Origin: Planctomycetota bacterium
GTDB taxonomy: Bacteria; Planctomycetota; UBA11346
Length of the DNA stretch: 64,000 nucleotides
Assembly: GCA_038213805.1 (NCBI GenBank)
Contig: JBBQSO010000008.1
Span: forward strand, 36,597-100,596
Reading direction: 5' to 3'
Below the pieces are notes generated by a model, which did no database searches, had not been told where the DNA came from, and saw nothing but the letters and a program-made list of their open reading frames with translations. Shown in pieces: positions 1 to 10,253 of the stretch; within the stretch, counting starts at the first letter, position 1; every line of letters begins with the position of its first letter. A program made the position numbers and the translations under genes.

Positions 1-279
1 GGGGGCAGGCCGCTGCTGCGGCCGTGCTGTCATGGACGAAGATCAGCTGGCATGAGCCGCATTGCAGGGAGACGGGCATGGGCATTTTCCAGCCTCTGCC
101 CGCACCCCGGCATTGCCATAAGGTTCCCGGCGCCGCGGCGCAGGGGCGGGTCGACTGTCGGACACAGGCGGAGTGAGCCGTGAAATGGATGGCGGGGCGG
201 GACGGCGGGCGCAGCATGGGCAGCAGCGGCGGCGCATGCTGTCGCCCCAGCGCCTGCGGCGCCTTCCTCCGGAATCCCC

Positions 280-1191
280 ATGAGCACCGATCCCGCGCCC
301 GCCCCCGCCACCTCAGTGATCCCAGGCGTGACCCTCACCACCGGTGACGGCGGCCTGCCCGCGCTGGCCATCGACACGCCGCTGGCGAGCGCGCTGATCT
401 ATCTGAACGGCGCGCACCTCGCGCGCTGGCGCCCACGCGGTCACGACGAGGTGCTGTGGCTGAGCGCCACCAGCCAGTACCTGCCGGGCCGCCCGATCCG
501 CGGCGGCGTGCCATTGTGCTGGCCGTGGTTCGGCGGCCACGCACAGCGTCCCGAATTGCCCGCACACGGCTTCGCGCGCACCAGCTCCTGGACCCTGGCC
601 GCGACCGAGGCCCTGCCCGACGGCCGCGTGCGCATCGGCCTCAGCCTGTCTGACGACGCTGCCAGCAGCCGGATGTGGCCTCATCCTTTCCTCATCATCA
701 ACACCGTCACCATCGGCGAGACCCTGGAGATGGAGCTGGTGGTGCGCAACCCCGGCACGGCGCCCTTCACCTGCGAAGAAGCGCTGCACACCTATTTCGC
801 AGTCGGCGATGTGCGCCGCTGCGCCATCCACGGCCTCGCCGGCACCACCTACATCGACAAGGTGCGCGCCCAGCAGCGCTTCGTCGAGGGCCAGGCCCCC
901 CTCGCCTTCTGCGGCGAGACCGATCGGGTCTATGTGGACACCGACGCCACCTGCCGACTTGAGGACCCCGTCCTAAAGCGCACCATCACGGTCGCCAAAG
1001 AGGGTTCCAAGGCCACCGTGGTATGGAATCCCTGGATCGACAAAGCCAAGGCCATGAAGGACTTCGATGACGAGGGCTGGCCCGGCATGGCGTGCATCGA
1101 AAGCGCCAACGCAGCGGAGGTGGCGATCACCGTGCCGCCCGGCGGCGAGCACCGCCTGGGAGTCCGGATCAGCGTTCAGCGCCAGCCCTGA
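280..1191 (+). CDS. D-hexose-6-phosphate mutarotase (aldose 1-epimerase, YeaD family)
   Basis: Motifs IRGGVPLCWPWFG, HGFAR, ALHTYF, VVWNPW, CIE. Confidence 0.9.
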   Translation: MSTDPAPAPATSVIPGVTLTTGDGGLPALAIDTPLASALIYLNGAHLARWRPRGHDEVLWLSATSQYLPGRPIRGGVPLCWPWFGGHAQRPELPAHGFARTSSWTLAATEALPDGRVRIGLSLSDDAASSRMWPHPFLIINTVTIGETLEMELVVRNPGTAPFTCEEALHTYFAVGDVRRCAIHGLAGTTYIDKVRAQQRFVEGQAPLAFCGETDRVYVDTDATCRLEDPVLKRTITVAKEGSKATVVWNPWIDKAKAMKDFDDEGWPGMACIESANAAEVAITVPPGGEHRLGVRISVQRQP

Positions 1192-1291
1192 CGGCGCCGA
1201 GGAGCAGGGCGTGCAGCGCTGGAACAAACCCACCCGTGCGTTACCTTGCCGGCAGTCCATGCGGCCCCTGCCGTAGCGAAAGGACCCCTCC

Positions 1292-1891
1292 ATGACCGCT
1301 CTCCATCCCCTGCTGCTGGTCCTCGCACTTGTTGCCGCACTGCCGGCGGGTGCGAGCGCGCAGAACTCCGATGGCATGACCTCGACGCAAACCACGCAAG
1401 CCTGGATGCCAGGCCAGTGGGTGCAGTCGGGCAACCAGTACACCTGGCAGGCTGGGCATTGGCAGACCTCCACCACTACCACCGCAGTTGCGGGCCAGCC
1501 GGTGTGGTTGGCGGGACGCTGGGAACAGAATCCCTCGGGCGGCTGGACCTGGATCGAGGGCCACTATGAGTCGCCACCGCCGCTCCTCGCCCAAGGGCCG
1601 ACACAGCCGCCGCCCCAGCCGGTGGTGCAACAGCAGCCGGTCGTGATCCAGCAGCAGCCGGTGTATGTGCAGCAGCCGGTCTACGTCCAGCAGCCGCAGC
1701 CGATCTATGTGTCGCAGCCGCAGACGGTGTACGTCGAACAGCCGGTCTACTACTCGCGGCCCTACTGCAATCCTGCGCCCGCCTTCGGGCTCGGCATCGG
1801 CCTTGGTCTGGGACTCGGCTTCGGGTTCGGCCACTGGGGTGGCTATGGCGGCGGTTATCACGGCTATCATGGCGGCCGGTATTGCCGCTGA
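1292..1891 (+). CDS. Secreted YXWGXW/WXXGXW-repeat protein with QQPVYV repeats and Gly/His/Tyr-rich tail
   Basis: Signal peptide; WMPGQW..YTWQAGHW and WLAGRW..WTWIEGHY repeats; AAGGA RBS upstream. Confidence 0.75.
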   Translation: MTALHPLLLVLALVAALPAGASAQNSDGMTSTQTTQAWMPGQWVQSGNQYTWQAGHWQTSTTTTAVAGQPVWLAGRWEQNPSGGWTWIEGHYESPPPLLAQGPTQPPPQPVVQQQPVVIQQQPVYVQQPVYVQQPQPIYVSQPQTVYVEQPVYYSRPYCNPAPAFGLGIGLGLGLGFGFGHWGGYGGGYHGYHGGRYCR

Positions 1892-2022
1892 GCCGTACGG
1901 CACAGCATTAAGGATCGCGCGACGCCCGCGGCAGGATCTGCCGCGGGCGTCTGCTTTTCGGCCCGACACACCGCTGGCAAAGGACAGCTTGGGCGCGCGC
2001 GGTAGGCGCATATGACCGGGGC

Positions 2023-2940
2023 ATGGAAGCGATCCTCTCCGCGCGCGGCTTGAGCAAGCGCTACGGCCCGTTCCAGGCTTTGCACGAGGTCAGCCTCGAA
2101 CTGCAGCGCGGCGAGGTGGTCGGCTTCCTCGGTCCGAACGGCGCGGGCAAGTCCACGACCATGAAGATCCTCACCGGCTTCGTGGCGCCCAGCGGCGGCA
2201 GCGCGACCATCGCCGGGCACGATCTGGTCGGCGATCCCCTCGCCTGCCGGCGCGCCATCGGCTACCTGCCCGAGGAGCTGCCGCTCTATCTCGACATGAC
2301 CGTCACCGGCTACCTCGATCATGTCGCGCGCCTGAAGGGCGTCGCGCCCGGCGCACGGCGCAAGGAAGTGGTCGAGGCGATCGAAGCCGCGTGGCTGGGC
2401 GAGAACGCCAAGCGCCACATCCGCAAGCTGTCGAAGGGCAACCGCCAGCGCGTCGGGCTGGCGCAGGCGCTGCTCGGCCGGCCGCCGCTGCTCATCCTCG
2501 ATGAACCGACTTCGGGTCTGGACCCCGCGCAGGTGGCGAACTTCCGCGAACTCATCAAGAACCTGGCGCAGCGTCACACCATCCTGCTTTCGACGCACAT
2601 CCTGGGCGAGGTCGAGGCGACCTGCGCGCGCGTGGTGGTGGTGCACCGCGGGCGCACCGTCGCCTGCGAAGGCATCGACGCGCTGCGCAAACGTGCGCGC
2701 CAGGTCTCCCGCCTGCGCGTGCGCGTGCGCGACGGCGCGACCGCACCGCTGTGCGCCGCGCTCGCGGGTGGCGGCTGGGCGACGGTCGTCGAGTCCCAGG
2801 GCGACGGCGTGCTGCTCGACGCGCCCGAGGAGCGCAGAGGCGAACTGGTCGCGCTCATCGAGGCGCACGGCGGCCTGCGCGAGCTGAGCGAGGAACGGCG
2901 CAGCCTGGAAGAGGTCTTCCGCGACCTCATCGCGGGCTGA
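2023..2940 (+). CDS. ABC-2-type transporter ATP-binding protein (GldA-like)
   Basis: Walker A GPNGAGKST, signature LSKGNRQ, Walker B LILDEPT, H-loop STH. Confidence 0.9.
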   Translation: MEAILSARGLSKRYGPFQALHEVSLELQRGEVVGFLGPNGAGKSTTMKILTGFVAPSGGSATIAGHDLVGDPLACRRAIGYLPEELPLYLDMTVTGYLDHVARLKGVAPGARRKEVVEAIEAAWLGENAKRHIRKLSKGNRQRVGLAQALLGRPPLLILDEPTSGLDPAQVANFRELIKNLAQRHTILLSTHILGEVEATCARVVVVHRGRTVACEGIDALRKRARQVSRLRVRVRDGATAPLCAALAGGGWATVVESQGDGVLLDAPEERRGELVALIEAHGGLRELSEERRSLEEVFRDLIAG

Positions 2941-2947
2941 GGCGGCC

Positions 2948-3658
2948 ATGTTCGCAGCGCTCGCCACCGCCACCCTCGACCTGCTGTTGCCGGCGGTCTG
3001 CCCCGGCTGCCAGGTCGCGCAAGGGCCGGGGCTGTGCGCGGCCTGCGCAGGCGCACTGCCGATCCTTGAGCACCCCTGCCCGTGGTGCGCGGCGCCGCGA
3101 CGCGACGCCCACGCGACCTGCCGCGACTGCGCGGGGGCGGGCCTCGCCCACCTCGACCGGGTGCTGGTCGGCCATCCCTACGCCGGCCTGGTCGCGCAGC
3201 TGATCGGCGACGCCAAGGCGGGCAGCCGGCCGGCGGCGCTGCGCGCCCTGGGCGCGTGCATGCCGAAAGTGCCGGCCGAGCTCTTGACCGCACCGCAGGC
3301 GGTGGTGGTGCCGGTCCCGCCGTCGCCCGGCCGGCGACCCGGCGCCCATCTCGGCAGCGCCCTGGCGAACGCCTGCGCGCGCCGCGCGGGCCTGCCCTGC
3401 CGGGCGCTGCTGCGCACCACGCGGCTCGCCGCCGAGCAGCACCTGCTGGGCGTGACCGCGCGCGCCGCCAACGTCGCCGGGTTGTTCGCCTGCCGCGGCC
3501 CGGCGCCCGCACGCGTGGTGCTGGTCGACGACCTGGTCACCAGCGGTGCCACCGCGACGGCGGCCGCCAAGTGCCTGCGCGCCGCGGGGGCACACCACGT
3601 CACGCTGGTGTGCCTGGCCCGTACGCCGGGTCATGGGGATCCGGTCGCGGCACCATAG
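2948..3658 (+). CDS. ComF family protein (double zinc ribbon + phosphoribosyltransferase)
   Basis: CPGC/CAAC/CPWC/CRDC Cys pairs; PRPP loop VLVDDLVTSGAT. Confidence 0.85.
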   Translation: MFAALATATLDLLLPAVCPGCQVAQGPGLCAACAGALPILEHPCPWCAAPRRDAHATCRDCAGAGLAHLDRVLVGHPYAGLVAQLIGDAKAGSRPAALRALGACMPKVPAELLTAPQAVVVPVPPSPGRRPGAHLGSALANACARRAGLPCRALLRTTRLAAEQHLLGVTARAANVAGLFACRGPAPARVVLVDDLVTSGATATAAAKCLRAAGAHHVTLVCLARTPGHGDPVAAP

Positions 3659-3710
3659 GCCCCGCGCAACAGCGGTTGCCGGACCCGCGTAGCGTGTACA
3701 TTCCTCGCCC

Positions 3711-5096
3711 ATGACGCCGTCCGCCGCAACCGAAGCCGAGCCTCTCATCCCGGTGTTGCCTGCGCGCACCGTGTACATCGAGACCTTCGGCTGCCAGATG
3801 AACTTGGCCGATACCGAGGTCGTGCTCGCGCGCCTGGGTGAGGCGGGCTACCGCCGCGTCGACGAGGTCGAGCAGGCCAGCCTGGTGCTGTACAACACCT
3901 GCGCGGTGCGCGACCACGCCGAGGCCAAGGTGCGCGGCCGGCTCGGCGCGCTCAAGGGCCTCAAGCGCCGACGTCCCGAGCTCAAGATCGGCATCATGGG
4001 CTGCATGGCGCAGCGCGAGAAGGAGCAGCTGCTCGCCGCCTACCCGCACGTCGACCTGGTGGTCGGCACCGACCAGTTCGTGCGCATGCCGCAGCTGCTT
4101 GACCAGCTCGAGGACCACGGCCGCCTCGCCGCCACCGGCTTCGGCGACTTCGAGGATCGGATGTGGAGCGCGACGCGTTCCTCGGGGGTCAACGCCTGGG
4201 TGCCGATCATGCGCGGCTGCAACTACAACTGCACCTACTGCGTGGTGCCATTCACGCGCGGCCGCGAGAAGTCGCGCGCGCCAGCGCAGATCGAGGACGA
4301 GGTCCGGCGCCTGGTCGACGAGGGCTTCGCCCAGGTGACGCTGCTCGGCCAGACCGTCGATTCCTATGGCAAGACCCTGGGCGACGGCACCACCCTGGCC
4401 GCGCTGTTGCGCCGCGTGCACGCCATCGACGGGCTGAAGCGCCTGCGCTTCGTCACCAGTCATCCCAAGGACATCACTGACGAGCTGCTCGACACCATGG
4501 CCGCGCTGCCCAAGGTCGCGAAGCACCTGCACGTGCCGGCGCAGTGCGGCAGCGACCGCATCCTGCGCCTGATGGGCCGGCGCTATTCGCGCGACGACTA
4601 CCTGGACATGGTGCGGCGCGCCCGCGCGCGCATGCCGGAAATCGAGCTCCTCACCGACCTCATCGTCGGCTTCCCGCGCGAGACGGACGAGGATTTCGCG
4701 CAGACCGTGGCGCTGATGGAGGAGGTGCGCTTCGCCGGCGCCTACGTGTTCATGTACTCGCAGCGCCCGGACACGCCCGCCGCCAACCTCTCCGACGATG
4801 TGCCCATCGAGATCAAGAAGGCGCGCTGCAACCACCTTCTCGACCTGCAGCTCATCCACCAGGGCCAGGCCTACGCGCCACTCACCGGCCGCGTCCTGCA
4901 GGTGCTGGTCGAAGGCCCGAGCAAGAGCGACGAGGCCATGCTGCACGGCCGCTCGCTCGGCAACCTCAACATCGTCTTCCCGCGCGTGGACGCCGCTGGT
5001 GCCGGACGCGATGACCTGATCGGTCAGCTCGTGGACGTGCGTATCCAGCGCTCGACGAGTTTGACGTTGTTCGGGGATTTGACGGCTGATAGCTGA
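3711..5096 (+). CDS. miaB: tRNA-2-methylthio-N6-dimethylallyladenosine synthase
   Basis: TFGCQMN, NTCAVR, radical-SAM CNYNCTYC, C-terminal TRAM domain. Confidence 0.93.
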   Translation: MTPSAATEAEPLIPVLPARTVYIETFGCQMNLADTEVVLARLGEAGYRRVDEVEQASLVLYNTCAVRDHAEAKVRGRLGALKGLKRRRPELKIGIMGCMAQREKEQLLAAYPHVDLVVGTDQFVRMPQLLDQLEDHGRLAATGFGDFEDRMWSATRSSGVNAWVPIMRGCNYNCTYCVVPFTRGREKSRAPAQIEDEVRRLVDEGFAQVTLLGQTVDSYGKTLGDGTTLAALLRRVHAIDGLKRLRFVTSHPKDITDELLDTMAALPKVAKHLHVPAQCGSDRILRLMGRRYSRDDYLDMVRRARARMPEIELLTDLIVGFPRETDEDFAQTVALMEEVRFAGAYVFMYSQRPDTPAANLSDDVPIEIKKARCNHLLDLQLIHQGQAYAPLTGRVLQVLVEGPSKSDEAMLHGRSLGNLNIVFPRVDAAGAGRDDLIGQLVDVRIQRSTSLTLFGDLTADS

Positions 5097-5267
5097 TGGC
5101 TGATGGCTGATGGCTGATGGCTGATGGCTGATGGCTGATTGAACCCAGCGTTGATCCCAAGTTTCAGTGTTATGCTGAGGATGTCCCCTGGAGTTCAGCC
5201 GCTCTGATGTCCTGAAGCGCCGTGTCTGAACCATCAGCTAGCAGCCATCAGCCATCAGCCATCAGCC
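5085..5267. repeat. Palindromic element: (GCTGATR)x8 arm, ~90-nt spacer, (CATCAGC)x5 arm
   Basis: Read directly: arms 5085-5140 and 5232-5267 are reverse complements. Confidence 0.9.
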
Positions 5268-6202
5268 ACCGCCGACAAGCGGTTGCAGTCCCGCCCTTCA
5301 CCCCCACCCACTCCCCCACCCCCAAGCCCCCCGCCGTCGTCGCCCACAATGGCCGCGGCAACCCCCCAGCCCAAGCCACCGTCAGCGTGCTCGATCTCGG
5401 CTTCCTGCGTGGCGTCGGCGCCTTTGAGACCCTGCGCACCTACGCCGATGGCCTGCCGCACCTGCTCGGCGAACACCTGCGCCGCATCTGGGAGAGCGCC
5501 GCCGCCTTCGGCCTGGCGCCATTCTTCAGCGAGGCCGAGGTGCGCCGCCTGATCGGCGAGATCCACCGCCGCAGCGGCCACGGCGAGCTGCGCGTCAACC
5601 TCATCGTCACCCCGGGTGAAAACACCTCCGGGGTGTTCGGCGCGGAGCGGCCGACCTGGGTGATGATCGCGCGCGAGGTGCACGCGCCGCCGGCGGAGCT
5701 GTACGAGCAGGGCGTCACGGCGGTGACCTTCGACGCCACCCGCCACCTGCCGACGCTGAAGACCACCAACTACCTGGTCGGCAAGACCGGCCTGCTGCTG
5801 GCGGACCAGCGCGGCGCGCACGAGGCATTCTACGTCGATCCCGCCGGCTACGTCACCGAGGGCGTGACCAGCAACGTGCTGGTGGTGCGCGGCGGTCGGG
5901 TGATGACGCCGGTGCAGGACTGCCTGCCGGGCATCACCAAGGCCGGCCTACGCCCGGTCGCCGAGGCCGCCGGCCTGGCCTGGTACGAGTGCAACCTGAC
6001 GCGCGATGACGTCTACACCGCCGACGAGGTGTGGATCACCTCCGCCGTGCGCGAACTGCTGCCAGTGGTGAAGGTCGACGACCGCGCCATCGGCCACGGC
6101 GGCGTCGGGCCGTGGGCGAAGCGCCTGCGCCCGCTCTACCACCAGCGCTGCATCGCCGAGGCGCGGCGCGACGCGGTGGCCGCGACGGCCGCCGCCGGCT
6201 GA
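5222..6202 (+). CDS. Class IV PLP aminotransferase (BCAT/D-amino acid/ADC lyase family); start uncertain
   Basis: NG..ATVSVLDLGFLRGVGAFET, LKTTNY (PLP Lys), EGVTSN, LPGIT, ADEVWITS. Confidence 0.85.
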   Translation: MSEPSASSHQPSAISHRRQAVAVPPFTPTHSPTPKPPAVVAHNGRGNPPAQATVSVLDLGFLRGVGAFETLRTYADGLPHLLGEHLRRIWESAAAFGLAPFFSEAEVRRLIGEIHRRSGHGELRVNLIVTPGENTSGVFGAERPTWVMIAREVHAPPAELYEQGVTAVTFDATRHLPTLKTTNYLVGKTGLLLADQRGAHEAFYVDPAGYVTEGVTSNVLVVRGGRVMTPVQDCLPGITKAGLRPVAEAAGLAWYECNLTRDDVYTADEVWITSAVRELLPVVKVDDRAIGHGGVGPWAKRLRPLYHQRCIAEARRDAVAATAAAG

Positions 6203-6245
6203 TGGCTGATGGCTGATGGCTGGCAGCCGACGGCTGACGGCAGAT
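6198..6245. repeat. Single degenerate (GCTGATG/GCTGACG)n arm overlapping the aminotransferase stop
   Basis: ggctgatggctgatggctgatggctggcagccgacggctgacggcag. Confidence 0.75.
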
Positions 6246-7455
6246 GACACTCCGGACCGAGCGCCTCCCCCCCATGACGATACAGCCCATGACCAACGCT
6301 TCGCCCCAGCTGCTGCCCGGTCCGGCCCACTTCCAGGTCGTCGAAGAGCCCGCCTACGCGCCGTCCGGCAGCGGCGAGCACCTCTACGTGCTGATCGAGA
6401 AGGAGGGCCTGACCACCGACGCGGTAGCCGAGGCTTTGGCGAAGACCCAGGGCAAGCGCGGCATGGACGTCGGCTACGCCGGGCGCAAGGACCGCCACGC
6501 CGTCACCAGCCAGTGGTTCAGCGTGCACTTCGGCGACGAGAGCCGCCTGCCTGCACTCGCCGAGCACAGCGCGCGCGGCCGCATCACCGTGCGCGAGGTG
6601 GCGCGCCACGCCAACAAGCTGCGCCTCGGCCACCTCGCCGGCAACCGCTTCCGCCTGGGATTGGGCGGCGTCGCCGACCCGCAGGCCCTGCAGGGCGGCC
6701 TCACGGCGCTCGCCCACCAGGGCATCCCCAACCGCTTTGGCGCGCAACGCTTCGGCGTCCATGGCGCGACCTTGGCGATCGCCCGCGCCTGGGGCGGCGG
6801 CGACACCGCGGCGGCGGTCGCGTGCATCGTCGCGCCCGACGGCAGCTGGACGCCGGGCCAGCCCCTGCCCGAAGGCTTCCGCCCCGGCCCCGATGGTCGC
6901 GTGCTGGGCGCGCTGCGGCGCCGGCCCGACGATCTCGCCGGCGCCCTGCGCGCGGCCGGCGACCAGTTGCAGAAGCTGGTCGCCTCGGCGGCGCAGAGCG
7001 CGGTGTTCAATGCGGTGCTCGACGCGCGTACGGCGGCGGGGCTGCTCCACCGGTTGCGCCCGGGTGATCTCGGCTGCACCACGCGCGGCGCGCCCTTCTT
7101 GGCCGATGAGGCGACGCTCGACGACACCAACCGCCGGGCCGCGCCCGGGGTGCTTGACGCCTTCACCACCGGACCCATGCCCGGCGGCAACCGCCTGCGT
7201 CCCTTGCCGCCCATCGACGCGGAGGAGCGCGCCTGGGCGGCGGAGACCGGCGTGGTGTGGTCGTGGTTCGAGCGCGGTGGAGCTTTGGAAAGCCCGGGCG
7301 AGCGCCGGCCATCGGTGGTGCCCTTCCGGGCGGCACCGGTGGTCAGCGCCGCGGGCGACGTGACTTGGGTGGAGTTCGCCCTGCCTTCGGGCAGCTATGC
7401 GACCACCGTGCTGGAGCAGGTCGGCGTCGCGATACCGGCGGACCGGCGGGGCTGA
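6244..7455 (+). CDS. truD: tRNA pseudouridine(13) synthase (alternative starts 6274/6289)
   Basis: F.V.E, GEH, YAGRKDRHAVTSQW, GNRF, PNRFGAQRFG, FALPSGSYAT. Confidence 0.9.
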   Translation: MTLRTERLPPMTIQPMTNASPQLLPGPAHFQVVEEPAYAPSGSGEHLYVLIEKEGLTTDAVAEALAKTQGKRGMDVGYAGRKDRHAVTSQWFSVHFGDESRLPALAEHSARGRITVREVARHANKLRLGHLAGNRFRLGLGGVADPQALQGGLTALAHQGIPNRFGAQRFGVHGATLAIARAWGGGDTAAAVACIVAPDGSWTPGQPLPEGFRPGPDGRVLGALRRRPDDLAGALRAAGDQLQKLVASAAQSAVFNAVLDARTAAGLLHRLRPGDLGCTTRGAPFLADEATLDDTNRRAAPGVLDAFTTGPMPGGNRLRPLPPIDAEERAWAAETGVVWSWFERGGALESPGERRPSVVPFRAAPVVSAAGDVTWVEFALPSGSYATTVLEQVGVAIPADRRG

Positions 7456-7691
7456 CAAGCCGGGAGCGCGCTGGACGGCACGCGACCACCGGTGGAATGC
7501 CGATGGCGCATGGCATGCACGCAGCTGTGTGCCGGCCGTGGCCGTCGCGTCAGCTTTCCACCGCCTGCGCCAAGACCTTCCGTGAAACCATCTCATCCCA
7601 CCGCGCCATCAGCAGTTCCGTCCAGCGGTGCAGCTCAAGGTTGGCGAGAGGCTGGTAAACAGCGCACGCTGCCGGCGGTACACTCTTGTCC

Positions 7692-10253
7692 ATGAGCCAG
7701 TCGCCGATCATACCGACCGTCCGTGGCCGCCTCCTGGCGCTGGCGGCCGCCGTCGGACTCGCGGGATGCGTGAGCACGGCCGCTGCCGCCGACACCGCCG
7801 GCATCGACTTCTTCGAGCACGCGGTGCGTCCGCTGCTCGCCGACAAGTGCTACTCCTGCCACAGTGCTGGGGCCAAGAAGATCAAGGGCAGCCTGCGCCT
7901 CGATACCTATGCCGGCATGATCGGCGGCGGCGAGTCTGGCAAGCCGGCAGTGGTCCCGGGCAAGCCCGAGAGCAGCCAGATCATCACCGCGGTGCACCGC
8001 AGCACCGAGGACCTGGCGATGCCGCCCAAGGAGGCGGACAAGCTCAGCAACCAGGAGCAGGCCGACCTCGAGAAATGGGTGGCGATGGGCGCGCCCCATC
8101 CCGAGGCCAATGGTGCGGTGGCGGCGCCGGTGGTCGATCGCGCCGCGTTGATGGCCAAGGGCAGAGAGTTCTGGTCATTCAAGCCGCTCGCGGAGGTCGC
8201 CGTGCCCGCGGCCGGCGCGGGCTGGGCCGACAGCGACATCGACCGCTTCATCGCCGCCGGCCATAAGGACAAGGGCCTGACTCCGACGCCCGACGCCGAC
8301 CGTCGCACGCTCATCCGCCGCGCAACCTACGACCTCACCGGCCTGCCGCCGACTCCCGAAGAAAGCGACGCCTTCGTCGCCGACCAGGCGCCAGACGCCT
8401 ACGCCCGTCTGGTCGACCGCCTGCTCGCTTCGCCGCGCTATGGCGAGCAGTGGGGCCGGCACTGGCTGGACGTGGCCCGTTACGCGGACACCGCCGGCGA
8501 CAGTGCCGACTACCCGGTGCCGCAGGCGTGGCGCTACCGCGACTGGGTGATTTCCGCCTTCAACCGCGACCTGCCCTACGATCACTTCATCCGCGCCCAG
8601 ATCGCCGGCGACCTGTTGCCGGCGGGCGACGACGAGGAGCGCCGCGGCAATCTCGTCGCCACCGGCTTCATCGCGCTGGCCAAGCGCTTCAGCGTGGCGC
8701 CCGAGCGCGAGAAGCAGCTCACCATCGAGGACACCATCGACACCCTCGGCCACGCGGTGCTGGGTCTGAGTCTGAACTGCGCGCGCTGCCACGACCACAA
8801 GTTCGATCCCATCCCGACCACCGACTACTACGCGCTGTACGGGATCTTTGACAGCACGCGCTACCCGTTCGCCGGATCGGAGGAGAACCACCGCCCCTTC
8901 GACCTGGTGCGCCTGGTCTCGGAAGAGGAGGAGGCCAAGGCGACGGGCGGCAAGGCGGCGGAGATCCGCGCCGAGCAGGAGCACCTGCAGGCGCTGTGGA
9001 AGGAGCGCGACGGCGGCAAGCGCGCGCGGCGCAAGGCCGCCGAGAAGGCCAGGCTCGCCGACCACGGCGACGGCAAGGAGCTCAAGCCCGAGGAGCAGGC
9101 GGCGCTGGCCGAGCAGGCGAAGAAGGATGCCGAGGCCCACGCCGCCGAAGACGGCAAGCGCCGCGATGACGGCGCGATCAAGCATGAGATCGAGGAGACC
9201 CAGAAGCGCCACCAGGGCCTGGTCGACAACCTGCCCGACTACCTGCAGGCCTACGCCTTTGCGGTCGGCGAGATGGAACAGCCCCACGACGTCCAAGTGC
9301 AGAAGCGCGGCGACCTGTCGAAGCTGGGCGATCAGGTGCGGCGCGGCTTCCCGACCGTGCTGGGCGGCCAGAAGGTGGCCGCGGGCACGACCGGCAGCGG
9401 CCGGCTGGAGCTGGCCGGTTGGCTGAGCGAGCCAAGCAACCCGCTGACCGCGCGCGTGATGGTGAACCGCCTCTGGCATTGGCATTTCGGCCGCGGCCTG
9501 GTCGCCACCACCAACGATTTCGGAACGCGCGGCGCGGCTCCGGTCAATCCGGCGCTGCTCGACTGGCTGGCGAAGCGCTTCATCGCCGAGGGCTGGTCGG
9601 TCAAGCGCCTGCAGCGCGAGATCATGCTCTCGCGCACCTACCGCCAGGGTTGGTCGGGGGATGAACACAACCGCACCATCGACCCCGACAATACGCTGTG
9701 CTGGCGCTTCGACCGCCGTCGCCTCTCAGCCGAGGAGATCCGCGACAGCATGCTCGCGGTCAGCGGCCGCCTCGACCTGTCGAGCGCCGGCCCGCACCCG
9801 TTCCCGCCGCTCAAGGACTGGGGCTACAGCCAGCACGTGCAGTTCTTCGCCGTCTACCCGAGCAGCCACCGCGCCGTATACGTGATGCAGCAGCGCCTGC
9901 GCAAGCACCCCTTCTTCGAGCTCTTCGACGGCGCCGACACCAGCTTCTCGACAGGCGTTCGCGCCAGTGCGTCGACGCCGCTGCAGTCGCTGTTCCTGAT
10001 GAACGACCGCTTTGTCTTCGACCAGGCGCAGGCCATCGCGGAACGCGCACCCGGCGACGCAGCCGAACAGGTCGCAAACGTCTACCGCAATGTGCTCGGG
10101 CGCGCCGCCAGCGCCGACGAGGTGCAGGTCGCGAGCACCTACCTGGCGCGCTTCCAGGCCGAGGCCGGCGCCGCCGGAATGGACGCCAAGGCCGGCGTCG
10201 CCAGCCTCGCGCGCGCCCTGCTCGCGAGCAATGAATTCATGTTCCTGGAGTGA
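7692..10253 (+). CDS. Planctomycete cytochrome c + DUF1549/DUF1553 (PSD1) protein
   Basis: CYSCH, LIRRATYDLTGLPP, YGEQWGRHWLDVARYAD, CARCHDHKFDP, NPLTARVMVNRLW. Confidence 0.92.
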   Translation: MSQSPIIPTVRGRLLALAAAVGLAGCVSTAAAADTAGIDFFEHAVRPLLADKCYSCHSAGAKKIKGSLRLDTYAGMIGGGESGKPAVVPGKPESSQIITAVHRSTEDLAMPPKEADKLSNQEQADLEKWVAMGAPHPEANGAVAAPVVDRAALMAKGREFWSFKPLAEVAVPAAGAGWADSDIDRFIAAGHKDKGLTPTPDADRRTLIRRATYDLTGLPPTPEESDAFVADQAPDAYARLVDRLLASPRYGEQWGRHWLDVARYADTAGDSADYPVPQAWRYRDWVISAFNRDLPYDHFIRAQIAGDLLPAGDDEERRGNLVATGFIALAKRFSVAPEREKQLTIEDTIDTLGHAVLGLSLNCARCHDHKFDPIPTTDYYALYGIFDSTRYPFAGSEENHRPFDLVRLVSEEEEAKATGGKAAEIRAEQEHLQALWKERDGGKRARRKAAEKARLADHGDGKELKPEEQAALAEQAKKDAEAHAAEDGKRRDDGAIKHEIEETQKRHQGLVDNLPDYLQAYAFAVGEMEQPHDVQVQKRGDLSKLGDQVRRGFPTVLGGQKVAAGTTGSGRLELAGWLSEPSNPLTARVMVNRLWHWHFGRGLVATTNDFGTRGAAPVNPALLDWLAKRFIAEGWSVKRLQREIMLSRTYRQGWSGDEHNRTIDPDNTLCWRFDRRRLSAEEIRDSMLAVSGRLDLSSAGPHPFPPLKDWGYSQHVQFFAVYPSSHRAVYVMQQRLRKHPFFELFDGADTSFSTGVRASASTPLQSLFLMNDRFVFDQAQAIAERAPGDAAEQVANVYRNVLGRAASADEVQVASTYLARFQAEAGAAGMDAKAGVASLARALLASNEFMFLE

